DNA of 64,000 nt. Origin: a virus. The stretch lies in IMG/VR virus record IMGVR_UViG_3300044971_004534, one strand, 5' to 3'. This document shows, one piece after another, positions 46,401-54,700 of the stretch. Below the pieces are notes generated by a model. That model did not search any database. It was given only the letters and a program-made list of their open reading frames with translations, and was not told the origin of the DNA. Within the stretch, counting starts at the first letter, position 1. Every line of letters begins with the position of its first letter. The translations under genes and the position numbers were made by a program.

Positions 46401-49400
46401 TTACGCGACTGCATTTACTCCAACAGGAAGAGAAGGCACTCATTCTTCTCCAAGCGTACCTTGTGTTGCTGTGAAAAAAGGTATAAAAAATGCATTACTA
46501 TTAGGTGTTGATGGCAAAATATATTCATATGGTATATCATATTGCCCGTCTGACCCCTCTGATGTAGATGCTCCATCAAATGTTTCATCAATATACAAAA
46601 CAGATTTAGATTTTATATCTGGTGGTTTGTTGGTAAGCGGTGTTGACGTATATCCAGTTTCAAATTTAGTGGAAGAAGAAGCTGATGTAGAAAACTTCAG
46701 ATTGTTGGGTATGACTTCTAATAATGAGTTGCTTACTTCATATGGACTTCCGTATCTTGCATCAATAAGTGGTGTACCAATTTCTTGGAATAATGGTGAT
46801 CTTCAGAAGTCTCCATCTTGCATAGTCGATAGATTTGATAAGTTAAGTATCGTTTGGGAGGACAATGGTAGGGGACCATGGGGTGTTGCATTAACATCAA
46901 ATATTTGGTTGAATAGATCTTTTACTGACAAAGTATATCTTTCAGAAAGATCATATTCCGGTATAAATCCAGCCGTTTCTTCTGACTCAAGCGGAAAAAG
47001 AATCGTAGTATGGGAGTCGATAAAAAATGAAAAGCATTTTATTGAATGTGCATCTCATGTCTTGCATCCTGACTATGTTTCTGAATGCGATATTGATAAA
47101 ATAGTTAAGTCCAGCAGAGAGCTCGGTATCGACCCAGATCCTTACGATCCATATAATGTTGAAAAGTCACTTATGTCATGTAAGGTCGAAGTCTCATTTA
47201 CTGCACCTGAATTTGGGAATTACTTTTTTAATATAAAGTTTAAGGATTATATTAATGAAAATATAATTTACAAAACCGCTTCTTCTAGATCTGAATCTGG
47301 CAAATGGTTTATTAATGGTAAAAATATGCCATTTAATGGTCAAGTAATCGCTCAGGGTGAAACTATAGCCTTGTCTTATGTTCCAGACGCAAATGATGAT
47401 GTGTTCAACAAAGTTCTTAAGGTTGATATAGGATATAGCATTGAAAATGAACAAGAAGAAGTGTTTATCACATATAAAGCTCCTAGTATTACTGAGGGGA
47501 GAGGCTATGGTTGGTGGGACATTCCTACTCGCTCATATCCCATAGAAATCAAATCTCCACCAGCGGTTGATTTTATAAATGAATTTTTAGTTTTTGATGA
47601 GGCTGCCATAAATGCTCCTGTTAGTGTTTCTGAGCAAAAAGCTAGTTATTTTGAGTCTATTGGTTCTTCAAAAGATACTAATTTTATATTCCCAACTGGG
47701 ATTGATAGTCTTCCTGGCTTCAGTGCTGGAGATTATGTAAAAAGCTTTTTACTTCTTCTTGGAGATGACGGACTGACTACCAATAACGTTGTTGAGGGAA
47801 CTTTAACATTCAGTGCTCCTATTGTTGCTGTTATAGTTGATTCTGCAAATCTCGCTGCAACTGACAATTATTTTAATGATGCTTCTAGGCCAATTGTTAT
47901 ACAAAGAAAAGGTTTGGTTTCTAATTTTCAATTTTATCAAGGTGAATATATAAGGCTAAGTGAAGATCGTAAGTCTTTGAGCCTGAGATTTAGGCAGCCA
48001 AGAAGAACTTCTTGGCCTTCAATTCCTGGTGGAGTAACCTCTACTAAGCCTGGCAGCGCTGTACTGACTACAGGCGATACTATTGTTTCAGTAGACGTAA
48101 AAGAAGTTAGTGTCAGTGGCCTTTTAGTCGCTCCTTCCGATGTTGGGGTTTTTGATAGAGTAGATGAAACTTTTGGAAGTGTAGGTCCTTTGGCTGCAGG
48201 TTTGAGCGCAAATGCAAGACCATACGGCAGTCTTAGAATAATAGTATCAAACACTGGAAGTGCAACTGGCCAAATAACGACAACCTATTTTTGTTCAAGT
48301 CCTATTATTAATTCTTGTAAGATAAATATGTCTTACAAGAACGATTCTACAGAAGTTAAGAATGTTCATTTTAAAGTTTCAGTATTTGCAGACTCTAACT
48401 ATACTGACTCTTTGATGGTATTTAGCTCCCTGTCTGATCCAAGAATGTGGTCAAGTGGTAATGATGTTTACCCAACTGCTGGATTAGGGATTGCTCCTAG
48501 TTCAAATATTGCTGTTAATTTTTCCCCACCTACTATAGACGTTCAGAATTTTCAAATTCCAGTTGATCAAAATTCAGTTAATGAGCAGTCAAGAGTAGCT
48601 GGCTATGGTAATTATTTTAACTTGTCAAGATCATCACTAATATGCGGAGTTAGATATTACATAATAGCTGAGTCTATAGTAGATGGTAATGCTTCAGAAA
48701 TCTTCCGAAGCTCTCTGCTATGTCCTTGCAGAGAAGAACTTTCATATAAAGAAGATGCTTTTGAGTGGCGTAGTCCGTTGAATGGTTCTAACAATACAAT
48801 TATCGCAATGTCTAATTACTACATAGGTCATCCAAGCGTGGTCGGCGGAAAAGATGGATTGTTTGCGATTGTTTGGGAAGACAGTAGAAGTTCTCAAAAC
48901 TCTTATGGTATCATCAATAAAAATATACAGCAAGTAGATTTATACTGCGGTTTCTTTGACACCAACAGAGACATTATTGAGTCTGCTTATCATGGTGGAA
49001 TTGACAGGCTTTTGGTGAATAATTCAAATGCTACTGATAAAAACATATTGGATTGCAGAATGCCTCATGTTGCTGCTGATGATTTTGGAAATTTCTCTAT
49101 TTTTGCTAATGTTGGTTATAATAAGATTATTAAAAGATACTTAAGTGTTGGATCAAAAATTACGCCAAACATTATAGAAGAATCCGCTAATACTAAAGCA
49201 TGCTCATTTACGTTGACCGATGTCACGAGGTATGCTACCGCTTTTGATGGCGGAGAATTTATGCAGGCTAGGGTTGCAGAGCGTTTTGTTAAATCGTACA
49301 AGTCTATTGCCTCATCTGATTCTGCTCCAGTAGTTAATGATTGTTTTATTGATTTAGAAGTAATAGGGATTCCTGGAGCGATGGCCTTTAGGATTAAAAA

Positions 49401-50283
49401 TGAATCAGAATCTGATTTTACTGATTGGATTCCAATAGGTATGGCAATCCAGCCATTAGATAGTGTTGGAAAAGAGATATCAGAAGATGCTTCTAAATTT
49501 AGAGAAGCGTTTAAGGGCAAATGGATAGCAAATGATATATTTATTGCCCCCTGGGTGCTTAGTAAGGGTGATGGAGTCAAAAGAGTTTGTCTTGAGGTTT
49601 TGACACAATTTGGAAAAACTCAACAATTCTGCTTAGACATTATTGCAGAATATTCATCTATGTCTTATGTGGTAGAAGTTTTCTACGTAGAATCTGGAAA
49701 GACTGAAAAGCTTTTCAAGCCAATTAAGTATAAGGGCATTCCTGTTGTGAACAGGAAAACATGGTATAAATCTGCTGAAAATAATCAAACAGCAATTACT
49801 TTATCTCTTGAAGATTTAAGAACTATTGATTTATCAGAATCCACAGAAGTAGATTTGTACGTGCAGGTAACTTTTGAAGACTCTCAGAGAATATCTAGAC
49901 TTAATGCACTTAATCAAATAGCCTCGTATGCTGATAGAAGAAAAGATTCTGGTTCTATGAAAGCTTATCTTTATCAGCAAGGTAGTCGCGTTTATCGTTC
50001 TGTGCTTAATCCTGTGGCAAACAGTGATGGCGTGTATTATGCAACTTTTAAAATAAAGAAAAATAATGGCGCAACAGATAAAGATGGATTAGGTTTTATA
50101 TTTATAGATGTGCCTTCAGAATGTTTGAATCCTTTTGTCAAAAAGTTTATAAATACGCTGAGGCTGTTAAGTGATCCAGGATTGGATCGCTCGTATGCCG
50201 AAGTAATTGATCAAAATGCATTTATTGAAAGGTACGTCAATACAGATAAGAGAAATGCATTTGGTTCTAGGAGATTATTCTAA
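40417..50283 (+). CDS. Giant tail fibre / adhesin-like protein (3288 aa) with an RCC1-like propeller and other repeats
   Basis: A single uninterrupted 9.9-kb ORF. It carries RCC1-like repeats at 45916-46206. A recurrent blade motif appears at nt ~42408 (NPSAASDSEGNIHIAWETD), ~46963 (NPAVSSDSSGKRIVVWES), ~48829 (HPSVVGGKDGLFAIVWEDS) and ~49051 (MPHVAADDFGNFSIFAN). Confidence 0.55.
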   Translation: MLSPVIKINKFDSHLKSIDATLSNLDYNKRYKIEFSNLNFDSVNERVEISSGTFSDINNVSEIKFSYKIKSDEDKFLYCQIYEWDIDGWKSSHIATSVFKEDDVVDSKYITVDPIYVGHNDKINILVSAKPNHKYDVIVGKNSFTITTNNVGKSSLHINAINAVDYKTFSQKFVKKYTCSLIDSENKQLVENSFFEFVPEHMYALAATNDPDRPSCVILDPDPVAAFSVATEPFDSPCFVQPLVGSLFTSDGASYGDVSRLDPDYKNCNDGYVSSALSVVNSSCKIYNKPKFVNLNVFDTNARKKIKSLYASGENKIPEIVFFHRNIGFVYSACDENASDINNPIDPCSFSSQEIKKIPRIFLGCTTGASKIKVHSLARGILKAPPSYFHSALIGKNGADDVEISDGDIVNIVFDLSNGSRISKSLEYSDSTHGNISAFVEALASEISSDSNIVNANISVRPYPDLKRIDFTSDTKFIIFAGQVNFIDSSTGDYKKNNKVLIVRDSKYTFDFEITNPSDYDDIKNVLNSGGTHMVFLDGQFKGLTVSINKTATSGVITLDTCPRVSVERRGLGAFIVSDDIYCTHVAFISKDKLIEDSSGTEFTALPFLRNNFNEVIPSSHPCITANGQVLCQGLVDGKWQIFGYFPGLTDSPWLQLTSNGENRNPSAASDSEGNIHIAWETDRFGYTTIQYGCIGPSSKLINRLALSGLISRQISDELVSKIFDINPIGDDVNFIESSSNNITLLPEIELRSLVAGAEISGGSFRIAREFTGNVRIDDDEFSNLAQVPASFNKFGAIRWADGAPPDFYNGSYCTSYIVHFQQNGTGSGSTVSASFSASFNGKILRVFLGPNQMSRSNEVFRSTEIIYPAVQSGDQISNFVMNASVIDGEIEISGDGKTLIFSMNYRDLEQIGPMQLRVLVDGVKSQNSVDQSSWNRIFSNNGKVSVPENSQVCVECSPKFDCAIASLSVYENEAGIPFDGQEREINLSVHADCSIGPPGSDYIVPIGDTTKSIFENHISLIERSAPPFDSFNETVIWLKEFSGESGFSQGKQFASEYRNYNNYFIVTFEDQSNKYFNGFTNTDHITSFTLSLYFQSGSSALTKEVAFGQEILSLYVSRLDLENTDITLGNGAATRAYILEDSDIKILVNSAKNKLTFQIPPNTQVDFTVRAVVSSQNFVNPFIIKDHKEIDSLFVKFINQFTQQNDNSYLFDNNKFSIGKTEKRYDNLIPLLGTLRFDDLNINANAISANFANLSTIQNSAEDIDSFSCADVSSINTYELIDQFNIDGSDSHLGHSYVGIIPERVSFIAKNNETLDEYSIRTGSVAGYREAVIKDVYTGYAKACLIINGASSAGKATSFALGTVFVISDYANIDISSNFKLQLDANYLRLGKTDKLLINKWSHISNEAFYQSSEYKLNYHLMCNVFVDDRPILSHNAQVDLSDKNRQWDICFGSPFGSYPVCRNGNSSFLDFISATNWELNFNNIRVGSPRMVIASGASEVSSYTYSSPSLVKPVPNSDSNTKNEIFSESLIDPGDWVCLEDSSLLVDQWSAESGGCVYVGSYAKSASGFRSILLESCVPYSQDIINLSYRLYPQIKTRRGRISTGSGGGLSQVTGTLYPNESHKIYITTGLRQLPENLPRLVKTILVQCDADVFAYRHPVVSGRFASSLSALDYKTFRSDFIPSSSNFNVNIRNVSDNLSSSFAHFYISYNGTGWIDNFTGPIDHTNGSTYGDSVFYIDQDGVLGLYRGYNLSGGISSEANLLNPDDPLKIVAVDSSLHFNTTVNQNDSAIAVTSDGDLVTFTYDGSETDIPSFMYQANLPADSNYVNVSIGWTHGCALKKDGTVTCWGDDTYGQVSGQPSGVKFVQIKAGKYFTVGLKENGEIAVWGRDNHNQVTNKPSGKFVKIDAGSDHAVAIGFDGYPVSWGKNVGIAYSASIRITDPQTKLIDVAACGGDVYNLNTYASSTPGSSVLTTTNPFNVGIDVNGNVVAWGPYATAFTPTGREGTHSSPSVPCVAVKKGIKNALLLGVDGKIYSYGISYCPSDPSDVDAPSNVSSIYKTDLDFISGGLLVSGVDVYPVSNLVEEEADVENFRLLGMTSNNELLTSYGLPYLASISGVPISWNNGDLQKSPSCIVDRFDKLSIVWEDNGRGPWGVALTSNIWLNRSFTDKVYLSERSYSGINPAVSSDSSGKRIVVWESIKNEKHFIECASHVLHPDYVSECDIDKIVKSSRELGIDPDPYDPYNVEKSLMSCKVEVSFTAPEFGNYFFNIKFKDYINENIIYKTASSRSESGKWFINGKNMPFNGQVIAQGETIALSYVPDANDDVFNKVLKVDIGYSIENEQEEVFITYKAPSITEGRGYGWWDIPTRSYPIEIKSPPAVDFINEFLVFDEAAINAPVSVSEQKASYFESIGSSKDTNFIFPTGIDSLPGFSAGDYVKSFLLLLGDDGLTTNNVVEGTLTFSAPIVAVIVDSANLAATDNYFNDASRPIVIQRKGLVSNFQFYQGEYIRLSEDRKSLSLRFRQPRRTSWPSIPGGVTSTKPGSAVLTTGDTIVSVDVKEVSVSGLLVAPSDVGVFDRVDETFGSVGPLAAGLSANARPYGSLRIIVSNTGSATGQITTTYFCSSPIINSCKINMSYKNDSTEVKNVHFKVSVFADSNYTDSLMVFSSLSDPRMWSSGNDVYPTAGLGIAPSSNIAVNFSPPTIDVQNFQIPVDQNSVNEQSRVAGYGNYFNLSRSSLICGVRYYIIAESIVDGNASEIFRSSLLCPCREELSYKEDAFEWRSPLNGSNNTIIAMSNYYIGHPSVVGGKDGLFAIVWEDSRSSQNSYGIINKNIQQVDLYCGFFDTNRDIIESAYHGGIDRLLVNNSNATDKNILDCRMPHVAADDFGNFSIFANVGYNKIIKRYLSVGSKITPNIIEESANTKACSFTLTDVTRYATAFDGGEFMQARVAERFVKSYKSIASSDSAPVVNDCFIDLEVIGIPGAMAFRIKNESESDFTDWIPIGMAIQPLDSVGKEISEDASKFREAFKGKWIANDIFIAPWVLSKGDGVKRVCLEVLTQFGKTQQFCLDIIAEYSSMSYVVEVFYVESGKTEKLFKPIKYKGIPVVNRKTWYKSAENNQTAITLSLEDLRTIDLSESTEVDLYVQVTFEDSQRISRLNALNQIASYADRRKDSGSMKAYLYQQGSRVYRSVLNPVANSDGVYYATFKIKKNNGATDKDGLGFIFIDVPSECLNPFVKKFINTLRLLSDPGLDRSYAEVIDQNAFIERYVNTDKRNAFGSRRLF
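45916..46206 (+). other. RCC1-like beta-propeller repeats (core three blades; probably extends to ~45600-46600)
   Basis: The three core blades are GWTHGCALKKDGTVTCWGDDTYGQVSG, AGKYFTVGLKENGEIAVWGRDNHNQVTN and AGSDHAVAIGFDGYPVSWGKN. They match the RCC1 pattern G-x-x-H-x-x-A-L-x-x-D/N-G-x-V-x-x-WG-x-N-x-x-GQ. Weaker blades follow (VGIDVNGNVVAWGPY, LLLGVDGKIYSYG). Confidence 0.7.
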
Positions 50284-51788
50284 TGTCATTGCCAGGAATT
50301 CCAGTTATTGAATATCCATTGGGATCTGAAAAAATATCTACAAAAATTGTAGAAGTTAAGTGGAAATCTCCTAATGTTACTATCGGTCAATTTGATCCTG
50401 TTTACTATTATGAAATTTACTATAGAACATCAGACGTTATATCTTATTCTACAAAAGATTGGAAAAGAATTTCCAGAGTCCCATCTTCTGTTAATAAATA
50501 CAATTGGGTAATACCAGAGTATTTATTTGGGGCAGAAATTTTTATTGGTATTAGATCTGTAAATCAAAGCGGACAGTATTCTGAATACTCTGCAAGTGGA
50601 GTGTTTTCCATTCTGCCAAAACCTTTGCCAAAAATATCTATATCTAATCCTGTGTCTGGTAAAATATATGGATCTCAAATAGATATACAGCTGCAAAACT
50701 CTATGATATCTGAAGATTCTTTAAAGCTTAACCGATATAGAATTAATTTGTATTATTCTAGTCAGTCAAATGATATTTCATATGCACCTATAGTGGAAAG
50801 GGTATCTGGCTCTACCTCTCAGGTGATATGGAATACTTCCCAACTAAATCCTGGACAAGACTATTTTATATACGGATTTTATAGTGATGATTTTGGAAGA
50901 AAAGGGCCACAAACTTCTATTGGACCTTTTGCGGTTGAAAATCAGGGATATGTTATTATCGATACTGATGGACCAGAAGTAGCTTTAAAAATAAGTTCTA
51001 ATAATGGTTTTGTCAGAGATAGAACCGTTGGTTTAGAATTATTCGCTTACGACGACGTGTCTGGCATACATGGTTTTAAACTTATTGAAAATATAAGAAA
51101 AAATGATGGTAGTTTGGAAGAAAAATCTGATAGTGAACCTAGATTTTATCAAAAAAACAACTTTTTACAACTTTCTGACCAAGATGCAAGATTTGTCATA
51201 ACAAGCCTTGTAGAAGACATAGCTGGAAATAGAGCTAATGACGCAGATGCAAGTTTAATTAAAGTTGGTAATAAATTTAGAAAATTTTATAATAGAAACG
51301 GTTTTAAAATTACTTCTTGGGCAAAAACACAAGACACGTTGTACGTCTGTATTTATGATGGTCAATTTACTCAAGTTTTAAAGATATTAGATGGCAAAAT
51401 TAATTTTGTAAGTTCTTTTGTAGGTTTAATCAATGTATTATCATATGTTGGTGGTAAACTATATGGTAGTAAGTTCAATCAGAATAGACTATTGGAATTA
51501 GTAGCAATTGAGTCTAATGGCTTGGTTCCTGTAGTGAGTCTTTTATCCCCAGATACTGAGATATCTGCCATGATAGATTCTGAAGACGGAGGCATTCTAT
51601 TGGGATGCATTAATGGAGAAATTTACAGATTATTTAATCAGTCTCTGCAACTAATATCTAATGTTAACATTTCAATTTTAGGTTTTTCAAAAGGTCAATT
51701 TAATTCTGTTTTTATATTAACAAATAGTTCCGAAAAAGTATTTATATACAAAGATCAAAATATTAATACTGTAGAAATAACCATTTAA
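50283..51788 (+). CDS. Tail-module protein with FN3/Ig-like N-terminal modules (501 aa)
   Basis: TAATG-coupled to the upstream gene. The N-terminus looks FN3-like (VEVKWKSPNV...YYYEIYYRTSD...WKRISRVPSSVNKYNWVIP...IGIRSVNQSGQYSEYS). An Ig-like motif follows (VIIDTDGPEVALKI...LELFAYDDVSGIHGFKL). Confidence 0.45.
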   Translation: MSLPGIPVIEYPLGSEKISTKIVEVKWKSPNVTIGQFDPVYYYEIYYRTSDVISYSTKDWKRISRVPSSVNKYNWVIPEYLFGAEIFIGIRSVNQSGQYSEYSASGVFSILPKPLPKISISNPVSGKIYGSQIDIQLQNSMISEDSLKLNRYRINLYYSSQSNDISYAPIVERVSGSTSQVIWNTSQLNPGQDYFIYGFYSDDFGRKGPQTSIGPFAVENQGYVIIDTDGPEVALKISSNNGFVRDRTVGLELFAYDDVSGIHGFKLIENIRKNDGSLEEKSDSEPRFYQKNNFLQLSDQDARFVITSLVEDIAGNRANDADASLIKVGNKFRKFYNRNGFKITSWAKTQDTLYVCIYDGQFTQVLKILDGKINFVSSFVGLINVLSYVGGKLYGSKFNQNRLLELVAIESNGLVPVVSLLSPDTEISAMIDSEDGGILLGCINGEIYRLFNQSLQLISNVNISILGFSKGQFNSVFILTNSSEKVFIYKDQNINTVEITI

Positions 51789-51791
51789 AAT

Positions 51792-54700
51792 ATGCCAATA
51801 GTAAAATCACTATTTAGAATAGATCGTCGTCCTATAGCTCGTATAGTTTGCGATCCTATGTCTTTTGTTACTGTAAATTCTTTAGAATACGTGCCGTGTC
51901 CAGATTTGAATAGAGATGGTGTAGTGGACAATGCTGATTTAGCTATAGTTCAAAGCAACTGGGGTGAAAATCCTGGTCATCCTGCAGATTTAAATCTTGA
52001 CGGAAAAGTAGATGGCTTAGATATAAACATAGTATTGTCAAATATGGGGGTTGCAAATTGTGTAGATAATGTAGAAGATCTTTGTAATATTGCACGAGGA
52101 AGATGTTTAGGATCTGCTTTTTATGGAGCTAATGGTTTTTACAAATTTTTTAATATTTATTTAACTAAATTATATGATGCTGGTTTTAGAAGATTTTCTA
52201 TACAATCTCCATCAGGATGCTATTTAGATCCATCTACCGGGAATTTATCAAGTAATATCAGAAACACTTTTGATAATTTGCAGTCTTATTATTTTATTAC
52301 ACGCCGAGAGGAAGCCGGGGTTTGTGAAGAACGTAATTTACCTTTTGACGCAAGTAATCTCAGGCTTGATGATCAGTTGTATACGAGTTTTTTTGAAGCA
52401 TTTGTTGGACATCTTTCTTATTGGATTAGAAGTCGTCATGAGTCTGTTGATGTTCATATTGAGATGGGTTCCAAAGTAATATATACTAGTGGTTCTGTAA
52501 ATACTGATGTGCTAAATTTGCCTGTAAATGAGTTTGTAAATGTAGAGCAAGATTTTAATATTGATATTCCAGAACATAGAAGATGGTTTGAATACAACTG
52601 TGGAAATTATTTGAGTAGTGGCGTGTCTGGTATAGGGTTGAGCAATTGCAAACTATCATTATTGAATAATCTAGTAAATTTTACAAATATCAATAAGGCT
52701 ATGTGGAAATTGTATGAATCTTATTTTATGCATGTCAATGTGCCAAATATAAATGGAGATTTATTGAATAGTGAAGAATACTCAAGGTTCAAAATTATTT
52801 CCAATTTTACCAACCCTGTTGGATTCGGCAGTACAAATCTGTTTAGATTATTTAGCGGTCTTCGCATGTTTGACAAAGGGTCCGAGATACACGGCTCATT
52901 TAAGTCTGAAGAATTAAATTCATATTCATCTGATTTATTAAGAGAATATGTAGATGACACTGGAATTATTCCTGGAATTGAACTGTCTTATTCTGTTGAC
53001 GGTAGCTCTTTAAATGTTGAATCAATTTCTAATCAGTTTTCAAAAATAAATCAAGCTATTGAATATGCAGAAAATCAGTCAAACGTCAGAAGTTTTGGTC
53101 AATCTATGTTCTTTTTTAGTGAATCTGCAGGAGAGACAAGAAATTCAAATGGTGCAGTAAGTACTTCAAACGCATATTTAAGGTCTTCTGCAAAAGAAGA
53201 TCCAGCAATTGTTCCTGTTATAAAAGTGAATTGCTCAAAGAGTATAAAAAGTTTAGATGAAAGTGTCATTCGTTCTTACATCCCTTCTTGGTGGTTTACT
53301 GATCGTTCAGGGGAATGCATAGATATTTCTATGATTGACGCAGTTTTAAATAGTTGGACTGTGCAAAACTCAGCAGACATAGTTAAAGTAAATTCTTCTA
53401 GTCCTTATGGGACGTATGGTCCAGAAAAATGCGCAGATGCTGCTTTTGATTTGATATTGCAATATCAGTCCTCTTATACAGGAGTGGATCGTGCAAGCAT
53501 TAATTTTCAAAACACAAAAAATATAGCAATTAAATTGGAAAACTGGGGTGATCTTTTTGATCACGAGTGTACAAAAGATGATCTTAATGATGTTTTGGCT
53601 GAAGGTTGGTGCAGGCTATTTACAAACTCCCTTGATCAGATCAGGCCTTATTTTGATAGGGAACTTGAATTAGAGCGTTCGCCTATTAATAGACTTAAAA
53701 ATTTGTATGCAAAAAATGGAACTTTCGAATGTTCTCTTTGGGTAAAAAGATTTATTCAAAGATTCAAATATAGACAGCACAACAGGAGAGTAGATAGCTC
53801 TTTGAGCGTTGTTCCTAATCCTAGAATTATATACATAGATGAACCTAATGTATTGGCTGTACATGATTTTATTGATTATGCTTATTTGGATAGTGGTTCA
53901 TCTTCTGTATGTCTGAATAATGGTCATAATTTTGGATCATGGCATCATCATGTCAATGATCCAAGATTTTCTGATAAAGAAGTTGGATTTAAATGGCGAG
54001 ATGTTAGTAACTTAAAAGACGCTTACATGATTGCAGATCAATCTTCAGAATTTAAAGTTAAGCGTGCCTCTAGCGACTCAGATAATTTGCTTGGTGATAT
54101 TTTAATTTCTGACTATAGCAAAAAAATAGAGTCTTATGCTTATTCTGATCAGTCCAACGCGGCAATAGAAAAATGGTTGCAAATTTTAATAGACGAAGTA
54201 GTAAGTCGTAGAGTTTACGAGAGCATGGGTATGCATGTGGAAAATGCATTTTCTTTAGGAAGATATGCGCAACGAGGATTTACTTGTGGCATTAGTGATA
54301 GTTTATCCGCGTGTAATATACAAGCTCCATTTTATTATTTTGTTAATAGATGGCAGTACTACAACGGTAAGCATAATTTTAATATTCCAAAATCCACTAG
54401 CGTTCAAGTGCATCATATTTGTCCTACTTCTGTTGCCGTTGACGATGGTATAAATCAGGCAGCTTTTGACTGGTCTCCTGATTTTAAAAACACAAAAGTT
54501 AGATTTGAAAGTTTAGAATACATTTTAACATATGATAACAACCAGCCTGAGCATGGTAATTTTGGATGGCGTCCCATGTATAGCAAGGACCCTGACGGAA
54601 GAGGAATTTTTTCTTATGGATCAGGCCCTATTGACGGCAACCCAGAAGATGGAATTATTTATGGAGATGTGCATAGGTCAAATATGCAAATGCTCTTACA

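Noticed and set aside
49116-49580. 154-aa minus-strand ORF and other antisense ORFs inside the giant genes (for example 27326-27670, 34915-35229, 42486-42794, 47937-48254)
   Set aside because: All are embedded antisense in long, continuous + strand ORFs with domain-like sequence, and none has an independent start context. They are most simply chance open frames.
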